64,000 nt of DNA from contig JBLWGC010000230.1 of NCBI GenBank assembly GCA_048772705.1, positions 62,001 through 126,000 on the forward strand, written 5' to 3'. Shown here one piece after another: positions 48,939 to 59,322 of the stretch (its first letter is position 1; each line of letters begins with the position of its first letter). The stretch comes from Leidyana gryllorum EB-2025a. Lineage: Eukaryota > Protista > Apicomplexa. The position numbers and the translations under genes were made by a program. Below the pieces are notes generated by a model, which worked only from the letters and a program-made list of their open reading frames with translations, did not search any database and was not told the DNA's origin.

Positions 48939-49620
48939 CTGTGGGTAGGAAAAGAACCGGGCTTCCCACGCGCGAGAAGAAGTGGTAACGCGACATGGGG
49001 ATCTCAACGAGCTCTAACTCTGTCATCATTTCCTCCACCAGCGCTACAGCGTATGGGTGAGGGGTGGGGAATGTCTCATCCTCAGGTTCAGGATAGGTTG
49101 GTAACGGAAATTCCCGGGGGAACCACGGGTCCATGTCGGATGCCCAATACGAGTCCTCTGACTCTGAGTCTGCGAGTGGATTTTGAATCCGGTCGTCAAG
49201 GGTGTCTGTGTTATTTACACTCTCTGCAACTGGAGTGTCTGAGGGACTGGAACCACCGCGCAAACTCGGGTGACCACTGGAGTCGGCGGCGGACTCTGTG
49301 GTGTCGCCGTCGTCCTCCTGAATGAGTTTCATTGGAGATGTCCCTATGGTTTCTGCGCTACCCGCTTCTTCATTTTCTGGCTCCTCTAATCCAAGACGAG
49401 CGGGGCAAAGGTGCAGAATGCCCAGTTGCAGGTGTTCGAGATAATGATGGGGCTCCACCGTCCAGAGCTCGTCCTCGGTCGCGACCCCCCTCTGATCCGC
49501 CAGTCGGCCCATGGCCGCCACCGCAACGGAATGCATGTAACTCAATGGATCCGCCTTCTCAACTTGTAGCCCTGTAAGGGCAGAGTTCGAAACCAGTAGA
49601 GAATAGCAGAGAGGTACCAT
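48904..49620 (-). CDS. Putatively secreted orphan protein, family member C
   Basis: LQLGILHLCP, acidic linker, WA..LPTYP. Overlaps the start of member B by 35 nt. Confidence 0.65.
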   Translation of the reverse strand: MVPLCYSLLVSNSALTGLQVEKADPLSYMHSVAVAAMGRLADQRGVATEDELWTVEPHHYLEHLQLGILHLCPARLGLEEPENEEAGSAETIGTSPMKLIQEDDGDTTESAADSSGHPSLRGGSSPSDTPVAESVNNTDTLDDRIQNPLADSESEDSYWASDMDPWFPREFPLPTYPEPEDETFPTPHPYAVALVEEMMTELELVEIPMSRYHFFSRVGSPVLFLPTDEAGTSSTANP

Positions 49621-49654
49621 ACTCTATTTTTGGGGAAAAAGCAGTCTTTGAGCA

Positions 49655-50487
49655 ATGGTGTTGGACTTTGCTGAAGGATTGGAAGACTCTCTCTCCCAGA
49701 TTCTTGGAGTGCTGGTGCTGCACGAAAAGGGGGAACGATTGGCGGTCAGGTGATTTCCAACAGTGTTTTCTGGCCAAACGAGAGTTCTTAGGTATACGCC
49801 ATCGGCTGCTCGCCATGCTGCCTTTGCTACATATAAAGCGCAACGGGCGTTCGAGACAGAATTAGTGGACAAGGCCACAAAGCAGGGGGCCAAAACGGGC
49901 TCAGGTGAGGAGAAGACTGATCACTCTGTCACAACCTTGCGATCGATATATGGGCTTCAGGCGAAATCGTAATTCATAAGGACTACACGAATGTCTACAT
50001 GAGCGTGAACAATGAGCTGCACTTGATCGTCATCGGCGACCCGAATGAAAATGAGTTGGTGCTTCTTGACTTCATGACAGCTCTCTCGCGGGCGTTGGAT
50101 AGAGTCACCAGGTGAGTTGTCAGCCTCACCGTCCACCTACCCATTCATATTGCGACGACAGGCAAAGACTGCAGTACGACGTCTTGATGTGCAAGATGGA
50201 CATGGTGTTGACTGTGTTCGATGAAATGCTGGAGGGCAGGTGAGACCCTAAGTGCGGCCGGACGACAAACTACAAGTGGTGCCATAGCATGATTTGTGAA
50301 CTGGACGTTGATGCGATAGTTTCGCGAGCGGAAATGACGGATAGCGGTGGCCGGGGAAACCCGACTGTTTCAGACGCGTCAAGCGCATTCAATCAGGTGA
50401 CCAGTTGGTTGGAGTCTTTGACTCTCTAGAAAGGCACTGAGCGCGGCCAAGGACGGGCTTATGAAGGGGCTTTGGTCAGGGATGTAG
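49655..50487 (+). CDS. COPZ: Coatomer subunit zeta, multi-exon
   Basis: ILGVLVLHEKGERLA, QRAFETELVDK, VIGDPNENELVL, DMVLTVFDEMLEG.MICELD. Confidence 0.88.
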
Positions 50488-50572
50488 ACAGCAGCTGTAC
50501 ACGCACGCACACGAGCCGTCTCGTGGTGGTTTTTGCCTCACAGATTGATTTTGAAGCTGTATTTTGTGTATA

Positions 50573-53481
50573 ATGGCGGCAGATCTCTCCCCCGCTGCTC
50601 AGTCAACGAGCACTACCGATGCAAGCCCTGTGGCCTTGCTCAAACAAGAGCCGCGGGTTGCTTTGGAAGATGCAATGACGCAGTTGGAGATAGCCAGACA
50701 GCAACGAACAGAAGTCTGTTCGGAGTTGTATAAGTACCGGTTGCTGGTAGACGAGCTAAAGGAGCAGCGGGTCACCCTGCAAGGCGAATTGGCTCGTCGA
50801 CTTCATCTACATAAGGAAGACGTAGAGCGTATCCAATCGCTCCAACGGGAAATGGATCATCTGCGGGCCTCCTACTCCGATAAGCAGGCAGAGATTATCG
50901 AGGTACCTACTTCTATGGCATCCTTCTATCGTACGTACACCGTTGCAGCTCTCGACTCGGGTTCAAGAGCTGCTGGGCCGGGTGGACTCGTCCGAACAGC
51001 AAAGAGAGCTGAAGGCCGAGAACGAGTTGTTGTGGAGGAAGTTGAACGAACTCAAGAGGTAAGCCCGCTTAGTGTCTGGATCCGACACGGGCACAGGAAT
51101 GAGTCTTCGGACCCTCCTGCGGAGGCTAAAGCCCAGTTGGAGCGCTGGCGGGCTCGTTTTGTCGAAATTGAAGCGGCTGTTAGTGAGGCCTACGAGGAAA
51201 GAAGGGCTGCAATGGAGCCCACCGAGCAACCTGTGGAGAGTTGTGCGCAAATGCTACAAGCAGTGCTCGTAGCCGAAGAGTCAATGCGGAAGTCCCTCGC
51301 CTCCCAGTTGCAGTTGCTCAAGATCGAATTGCGAACCAGCAAGGATCAAGTGGAAGATCTGACCCAACAAGCTGCGCATACTCAAGCAGCCAGTATCAAA
51401 CTCGATGTCGAACTACAGAAGCAGGTTGAGCTTTCTCAGAAGGTGACGGACATGGAACTCGAACGTGAGAATTTTGCTACGCGTATCGCCCAACTAAGTG
51501 CCGAGCTCGACGACGTCAGAACACAGTACACCCAGATCAAGGTAGAAGGTTTCCGTGCCACCGAAGAGCTCGCTGCTAAGCTACAAGATGCCCTTCGTTC
51601 TTTGTCGGCCAAAGACGACATGATCGCGCTGCTCGAGGTGCAGAAACGTGAGCTGAGCAATCAGTTGAGCTCTGCACAGACCAAAGTTGGCCATTTGGAG
51701 AGCCAACTGGTCGATGCTCGAGCCGGACAGGCCGACGACGATACCGAGTTGGCAGAGGTGCGTCAATTACTACAGAGAGAAACGGCGCTCTCGGCCGAGC
51801 TAACGCGTGCCAACGCTGCCTTGAGAACTGAGCTTGAAGGGCTAAAGTCGTCTTCGCATGGAAGGTCCGAAGATTTGAGAGCTCGACTTGCAGAATTGGA
51901 GACCGAAATCGCGACTGCCCGAATGAGTGCTGACGCCCGCGTCTTAGAGGTCAACGAAAAGGTCCAGCACCTTTCGGATTTGAACGAAAGACTTCGTGAA
52001 AGTAAGGCGTTACTGGAGAGTCAATATGAGAGGACTGCTGCCGAGCTCCGTGAGCGGGTGGTCGAAGTCGAAGCCGCCAAGGATGAAGTTGAGCAGCAGC
52101 GGGAAGAGATATCGGAATTACGAAGCCATTTGGCCGCTGCTCAACAGAATCACGATGAGCAGCATCAGCCTCTACATGTTGACTTGCAAGCGAAAGTGGC
52201 TCTATTGGAAGCCCAGCGCAACGACGCTGTGAACGCCCTAGCCAATCAGGAGGGGGCTAATCACAAGCTTCGGGCTGAGTTTGTAGAGACCCGCTCCTCG
52301 CTCCAGACAGCTGTCGATGAGCTCGCTGAAGTCACTCAAACACTCGAGGATGTTAGAGCCGAATTGGAGAGTTGTCGGTCGGACCTGACCGACAAACTCG
52401 CGACCGCCACTACCGAAGTTCAGGATCTCGAAAAAGAGGCCCAACAGCTTCGTGAGGAATTGCGAACCGCGGAAGCCACTGCAGCACAAGACACTCAAAC
52501 CCTAAGAGAAGATGTTGCTTCCCTGGAAGAGGAAAAGAAGACTTTGAAGTCTCAGTTACAGAGGTAAGTGATTGACTTGAGTGCGATCCTACAACGAAAA
52601 CACACCGATCAGCGTGCAAGAAGCCCTCGATAAGGCTCAAGCCCACTCCAAACAATTGGAATCCGAGTCCGCGAAGCACCGAAACCAAGTCACGGAACTT
52701 CAAGCATCACTGGAAGAAGCTCTGAATGGACCGGGAGTAGACGCTTTGATGGTTGACAACTTCAAGACGTACTCTGAGGAGCAGCAGATTGTCAAGTTGA
52801 AGGCTGCCCTCAACAAAGCAACCGCGACAGCAAAAGAGCAGGAGTCACTGGCCGAGATTGCTCGTGAACGGGTCAAGGAGCGACAAGCTGAAGTCGAAGA
52901 ATTGAAACGTCAAGTCCAACGAGTGGAGGAAGGGTGGAAGACAGAGTATGATGGATACCTCGGAAACCTGCATCGTGTTAATACAGCCTTGGAAAAGGCC
53001 AATGAAGAGAAGACTCGACTGGAGTAAGTGGTTGAGGCAGGAAGTGATCAAAAATCTCTCCACAGAGCTGAGCTCCAGAAGACGAAGACTACCCTGGCGT
53101 CAGCTAGAACGCGATCACCGGCTGCCGAACCGACCAATGCTGAGCGTGAAAGATGGGCGCAGGAGCGCAAGACACTCGAGAAGAATCAGGAAGATCTCAA
53201 GAGAAAATTTGCCAAAGCTCAAAGAGAGTAAGTCTTTCTGATCGGAGATCTGCCATTCGTCCCAACAGTTTGGCCGAGCAAACAGCCCAATCGCGGCGCT
53301 TGGAGGCCAGCAGTCGGATGAACGCTCTGCAGGGCAAACCTGCGCTCAGGTAAGACGGCCGAAAGAGTTGTCTGAGTACTCAATTGTATCTTTGATTAGT
53401 TTGCGGACGAAAAGCTACGCTACTGCGGGAGTGATCGTGGCTCTTTGGTTGTCTTACATACTCGGTTCGTTGAGTCATTGA
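50573..53481 (+). CDS. Long coiled-coil, tail-anchored (golgin-like) protein, multi-exon
   Basis: More than 800 aa of heptads. The spliced last exon encodes TAGVIVALWLSYILGSLSH*. Confidence 0.65.
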
Positions 53482-53735
53482 ATCCACCCCGCTTCCTCGG
53501 CCTGATGGCAAAGCTTTGCAATGGAGTATTTAATTCGAGAGGACGCCATTGTCCCCTCTCTCAATTCTCTCCTCTCACGCAGACCGCTCCTTATTTTCAT
53601 ACGGCGCGTGAGAGAAGCTTTCTCCGTGTATCACTTTCCCCGATGAAGGCCAATTATATAAATATTAGGACTCCCCCACTCGACTGCTTCACTGGGGGAA
53701 AACTAGCAGTAACGGAATTCGTACCGTTGATAATG

Positions 53736-54690
53736 TTATTCCTCTTCTTCTTCTCTGGGGGTTGCTAACTCTGCCTCTCCTTCTTCCTCAAGGGCGGGCT
53801 CCTCGACATCCTCCCATTCACTACTTGGCTGTTCGGGGATCTCGATTTGAGACTGATCAGTGTTACAAAGAGGGCACAAGTTTGCACGGTGGAGCATCCG
53901 CGCGTGTAACTTCCGATTGCAATCCTACGGAGGAAATGTTAGATACCACGATTTTGCTCACCTCATGTATTGGGTGGCCGCAGACTCTCAGGATCACCAC
54001 TGGTCGAACAGAGTCAAACATTTCTTCGTGACAAACACAGCAAATGTTCATCATGGCTTGAGCTGTTTGTGAGAAGAAAGATTATCAAATCTCAGGTTCC
54101 CAGAGTAGACAATGACTTACGGATGCATTTGTGCTTCCCTTCGATTTGACGTGGATAACATGAACTGCACACCTTGCAGTGGAAATATTCCGATGCAGGC
54201 CCAACCCTGCAGATGCCACAGTCAGCGCAGTGATAAATCTGTTGAAGCGGCGCATTGATCAATTTAGGACGCGATTGTTTTCTCACTCACCTGTCGATTC
54301 TCCCGATCGTCCCACAAGTGGCAGATCGAGCAGTAGTACTGGGCGAACCTGATGAAGCATTTGCGACAGGTATCAACGGGGTCCTGAACGTATCCACAAT
54401 CTGAACATTCGATCTTCTTGATTTCGAAACGGTTCAATTTGCTGTCAAAGCATTCGTGTCTCCTTCAAACTCGAACAAACACACGAGACTCACTGTGGAT
54501 TATCCGACGTCTCATAATAAGCGTCATGACATAAGCGACATGGGAAGGTGACGTTACAGCACGGGGCGACTATCTTGCAATGACGAGGATAGTGCTCGCA
54601 GCCCGCGGCATGGGGCTCTGACGCTGGGGCCGCCGTCGGACTCGGTCGGCGTGAGCTCTTGAGACGCACAGGTCGCTCAGTTGCGAACAT
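53736..54690 (-). CDS. RCHY1: CHY zinc finger + RING E3 ligase (RCHY1/Pirh2-like)
   Basis: GCEHYPRHCKIVAPCC..CRLCHD, YHCADCGICRVG..FHCKVC, CCVCHEEMF..CGHPIH..CPLC. Confidence 0.88.
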
Positions 54691-54723
54691 ATAGCCTCCA
54701 AAAAAACTTTAAATGTCAACTCG

Positions 54724-55291
54724 ATGCAGTATGGATTGGATCAGGGGACTTTCTTCCGTCCCTTGCTGAACGTGACATGGCGAAAGGTGCTGAAGGCCCA
54801 AGTGATCCAAGATCTGAGTCAGGAAGTGTGGCTGGAAAAGTTTGCTGTGTATGAGAACCGACCTCCGTGCCGACAGGCTTTATTGGACTTGATGGATGAG
54901 TGAGTATCGAAACCGGAGGATGAAAGATTTACTTTAAAACAGTGTCGACAATGTCTGTTCCGCAGCGAATTTGACACTCAATCGTTGGGCGAGCGTGCTG
55001 GTGGCTGCGACGCCTGAAGAATGGCCAGTGTATCGATCACGTTTGGTATTGGGGCCCGAAACGGAGGGACAGCCGTGGGTACACATGGTGCGATGTCAAA
55101 AAGCCAAGACATTGTGGGCGATGGCTAAACTGTGGTGGTTGATAGGTGTGCATCCGGACATTCGTGAAGAGGACGAAAGGGCTAATGGTATGGACCCGAT
55201 GGCTCGGCTCGAGGGGTTACTACGTCAAAATGCCGACCTCCAAGAGATACAAGAAGTTGGTCGACGCTTGTTGACTGGGAACAGAGTGTGA
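54724..55291 (+). CDS. Hypothetical 174-aa protein, weak Gag capsid-NTD resemblance; intron 54900-54942
   Basis: A phase-2 GTGAGT..AAACAG intron restores the frame. Contains LLDLMDDVDNVCSAANLTLNRWASVLV. Confidence 0.55.
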
Positions 55292-55311
55292 AAACTTTTT
55301 GGTTGACTTCA

Positions 55312-56277
55312 ATGGAGGGGGAGAATGCTCACCCGCTGAGTCCTTTATCTTCAGGTAATTCGCCCAGGTCCGAAACGGACGCTGAGGAATGGAAGAATAG
55401 CCTGCGGTTGGGGAAATCCAAGGAGTGGCAACGAACACCTTACTTACACTCACGAGCTAACTCAGATCCTGACAATGTTTTCTTAGCGGCCGAGAAGGCC
55501 CTTTCCGAGGCCGGGCTGCCGGAATCGGAGTGGTGGAATGTTATTCTAAGCGAGCGGGCTGATCCCACCGCTAAAAGGAGGATGCTGGCTATCCAGGAGC
55601 AGTTGCAAGCGGAAGCCAAATCAGCCAACTTGACATACAGTACGCTACGTGATGCGTTTTTGCAACGATGGGGTGTTTTGGAACCCATAAATGCCTACGA
55701 CTGCGCGATGACTCGCCTCGAGTGCGACTCAGTCTCGGAGGCCTTGCTGACGTTCGAGCGGCTCCACAAACAATACCTCAGAGCTTGTGCTAGAGAAAAG
55801 GTCGACAGGCCGATTCCGGAAGACAGAATGGCATACATGTTCCGCGAAGCCCTGCCGGTCTTTGTCCGCGATCGGCTCACTGAGCACCTCAGGTTGATGC
55901 GCATCACCAACCCGTCGGTGTGTATGAGTTTGGTTCAATGCATTGAGGCTGCACATCTTGTTGAAGAGGAGTGCCTTCGGATGAGGGTCGATCCGCGAAA
56001 ACAGCAGCCGCAACCAGAAGATCCAGAGGAAGGGGAGGACTGGACTCCGTTGGTCGAAGAGGAGGAGGAAGAAGAGGGGGTGGTGGGAAGTGTCAAGCAG
56101 CGTAGTTCTGATACATCAACAGCGTCATCAGTGCGCAACAATAATGAGCGACGACAAGCTACCAAACGAGCTTGGTGGGAGATACAATCGGAACCTCCAC
56201 GCTGCTACCGCTGTGGAGGTACCGGACATAAAGCTTCTGTTTGCAACAGCCGCATCGTCAAGCGTCCGCACCAATAG
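55312..56277 (+). CDS. Ty3/Gypsy-type retrotransposon Gag-like protein (capsid + CCHC knuckle), no pol/LTR
   Basis: DPDNVFLAAEKALSEAGLPESEW, TYSTLRDAFLQRWG, DSVSEALLTFERL, PEDRMAYMFREALP, SLVQCIEAAHLVEE, and CYRCGGTGHKASVC (56203-56244). Confidence 0.75.
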   Translation: MEGENAHPLSPLSSGNSPRSETDAEEWKNSLRLGKSKEWQRTPYLHSRANSDPDNVFLAAEKALSEAGLPESEWWNVILSERADPTAKRRMLAIQEQLQAEAKSANLTYSTLRDAFLQRWGVLEPINAYDCAMTRLECDSVSEALLTFERLHKQYLRACAREKVDRPIPEDRMAYMFREALPVFVRDRLTEHLRLMRITNPSVCMSLVQCIEAAHLVEEECLRMRVDPRKQQPQPEDPEEGEDWTPLVEEEEEEEGVVGSVKQRSSDTSTASSVRNNNERRQATKRAWWEIQSEPPRCYRCGGTGHKASVCNSRIVKRPHQ

Positions 56278-56306
56278 TACAGTCAGTCACTTTTTTTGTG
56301 CCCACC

Positions 56307-59300
56307 ATGCCGCCCAAGGAGAATCTTGCGGACCTCCCTGCAAAGGACCGTGCGGCCTTCAAAGATGCCAACGTGAGGACTGGTTATCCCCTTTCCATAA
56401 CACTAACTCAACACAGAAAGCTTATACGGATGGCAAGTATCCCAAAGCGGCCAAGGCCTTGGACCTTTTGGTGAAGAAGCACCCAACATGCCTCGAGATC
56501 CTTTCTCTCCTCTGCCTCACTCTCCGCAACATCCCAGAACGAAAGGCGGAGGCAATGGAAGTCATCAAGACTGCCTTACGTATCAACATTCGTTCTGCCA
56601 TCGCCTGGCACGCAAAAGGATCCTACCACCGCATGGAGCAGGAGTATCAATTGGCCGTCGCCGCCTTCAAACAGGCTGTCCAGTGCGAACCACAAAACCA
56701 GCAGCTCCTCATAGACCTCGCCAGCTGTCTACTTATGACGCGCCAATACGAGCAGTTCTGCAAGACCTCCGAGACACTGTTGCAGAAATAGTAAGCCACT
56801 CTCCCACTCTGCACGCCACGCTTCTTCCTCCTGCAGTCAAATGGAAAAGAGATTCTATTTCGGTGTGGTATTCGCTCAGAGACTCGCCGGGCGGCCTGAA
56901 GAGGCGGCCGAGACACTGCTCAAGTGGTGGGAGCTTCCCTCCGAAGTGCTGGGAGAAACGACCCCGCAGATCAATACAGAACTGCGTTTGTATCTGGTGC
57001 GACTATTGGAGGAGTCAGGACAGTATGAGAGAGCCTGCAGTCATGTGACCACTGCTCTGGCGTTGGAGTCAGATTTCAAAGACCCCGTGGCAGCACAAAC
57101 GGCCATAGGACGACTCAATCTTCGACTAGGAAACTATGAAAAGGCCGCTGCAGCTTACAAGTGGGTGTTGTCTCTCCTCTCCCCTCCCACTTATCGCTCC
57201 TCTCCTCAGAGAACTCATCAAATCGCTTCCACAAAATATGGACTATTTGATCGGATACCTCATCTCTCAGCCGACACTCTCGGACCTGTTGCCGAATCCG
57301 TTCACTGAAGAGGGTGAGAAGCTGAAACCCTATTATCCCGATATCGTGACTAACTGCGGCGTCCGCAATGCTGATTGGTTGAGCTTCCCGGTCTCTGACC
57401 ACGCCACTGTGGACGAATTCGGACGAAGAATGGTCAAAGGGCGCCAGGAATCTTTTTGGTACAGAGGAGGCACATGGGAATATCTGTACAGCAATGACCT
57501 CAGTGTATCGGAGGCGCAAGAGGAGTTTGTCTTGGGGGTCGTAGAAGGTAAGAATCGCAGCCGTCTCCCCCTACCACAAGCTGTCACCCAGACTTACTCA
57601 AGTTTGTCGAAAAGACCACCTGTGACACCATCACCGCTCTGGCTCTGCCATTTTGCCGGCGGGAAGCGAGCTTCAAGCGCCAGGTTCGGTCACTTTTGAG
57701 CACTGGATTGAAGAAAGCTTCGCCAGCTGTGTTTTCCTCTATAAGATCTCTGGCAATGGCGGACAGCCAAAGAGTGGAGTGGCTCTACGAAGTTTTGGAC
57801 GAGCTCGTTGCTGAACTGGCTGAGAACAATCCCCTCGTCAAGTGGCTTGGTGCCACCATCAAAGCCGAACACGTGTGCTACGAGAAGCGAGACGGCGAGA
57901 AAGCTCTGCAAATGGTGTCGGAAGCTGTCGAAGCGATCCCCACCTTTGTCGAAATTGCCGAAGTCAAGAGCCAAATGGAAGCGTATATGGCCCGATTCGA
58001 GGATGCTGTTCAGACGTTGGATAAGGCTCGAAGTCTCGACAGAGCCGATCGCTACCTGAACGATAAGACTGTATTAGCTGTTCTAGAAACTGGCGATTAC
58101 GAGAAGGCCGAGAAGTTGGCTCGCACCTTTCAGTCCGCATCGGAGTTGAAGGACAAGGGGAGTGTTTTGGACTTACAGAATATGATGTAAGGAGAATCGC
58201 TTGGCGTTTGAAAATGATTGCTCCCTCTTCTGCAGATTCGATTACGCCTTCATTCAAGCGCACATGGCGAATGGAAACTGGCGTCAGGCAGCGGTGCGGT
58301 TGGATCGGATGTGGACACGGATCAATGATCTCCGGGTTGACTCGAACAACTTTTTCCTCTATACCCTCCGTCGGGGTGGTCTGAGAGGTTTGACTGATTA
58401 CCATTTGGTGATGTGCAAATTACCACAGCACAAGTGAGAGTTTCACTGGCTCGCTTTTGAATTCAACACTCAATTATTATAGGTACATGATGAAGGCTGG
58501 TGTCCGGTTGGTAGAGCTGCTGACAGCGCTCAAGAATCAAGCAATCAAGTTCAGGCCCGTGGGTGAAGAGGGCAAGATGCCAGAATACGCCCACCCGTAC
58601 TTGGTGGATCAGAATGAAGCGGAGTGGATGGCCAAGGCGAGAAAAATCCTCATCCAGCTAAGAGATGAAGCAAAGACCGGAAACTATCAGTCCAATGCGA
58701 GTCTGTACAGATTCTTCGTACGCGTCGGTGAGTCAGTCAGTCAGTCGACGACCAGTCTCTCTCTACATCAACCATTTCTTCGTGCGTGCAGACGAGTTGA
58801 ACGTTGAGAACGTAGGGACAGCGCTGAGGAATCTGTGGTCTTTGACGGGGGGACGCATCGGGCACCCGAAGCTGTTGCCTTTCTTGCTGCACGCCTGTCT
58901 GGTGCTTCGAGAGCAGCTCGCTGAGGTTTTAAAAGAGCTCCTCGGAGACAGAGACGTGGATGAGGTGGTGAAAGAGATGGAAGAGCAGCTGACTCTACGG
59001 GCTCAAAGTCGGTGGATAAAGGACCGCATGGCAGGTGGGAGTCGTCTTCTCTATATTTACTATTTGACCTATGGCAGTCATAAAATCGTGGGAGCTGTGT
59101 GGGAGGGAATGCTACTATGGGGGGGTGTCAGAGAAGTGGGTGAAGAAGTGTGAAACACTTCTCGATGAGTCGTGCAAGGTGCCGCTGAGCGACGCACCGA
59201 TTAGCTTGCAACGGGCGGCTCGACGGATTCGGTGGCTCGCAGTGGGTCTTCCGTCCCTCTCTCCCAACGCTAAGCAGACAGACTTCTCGCAACGTTTCTT

Positions 59301-59316
59301 ATCACATTTCGTCTAG
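56307..59316 (+). CDS. NAA15: NatA N-terminal acetyltransferase auxiliary subunit, multi-exon TPR
   Basis: LPAKDRAAFK..Y..GKYPKA, SAIAWHAKG, AIPTFVE, ARSLDRADRYLNDK, LDLQNM. Confidence 0.88.
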
Positions 59317-59322
59317 AATTGA

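Noticed and set aside
55270-55295. PEG10-like -1 ribosomal frameshift site between the upstream ORF and gag
   Set aside because: The sequence is GGGAAC, not a full X XXY YYZ heptamer, and no obvious downstream pseudoknot was seen.
54690-56307. Intact LTR retrotransposon
   Set aside because: No pol, LTR, PBS/PPT or target-site duplication visible; the flanks are host start codons.
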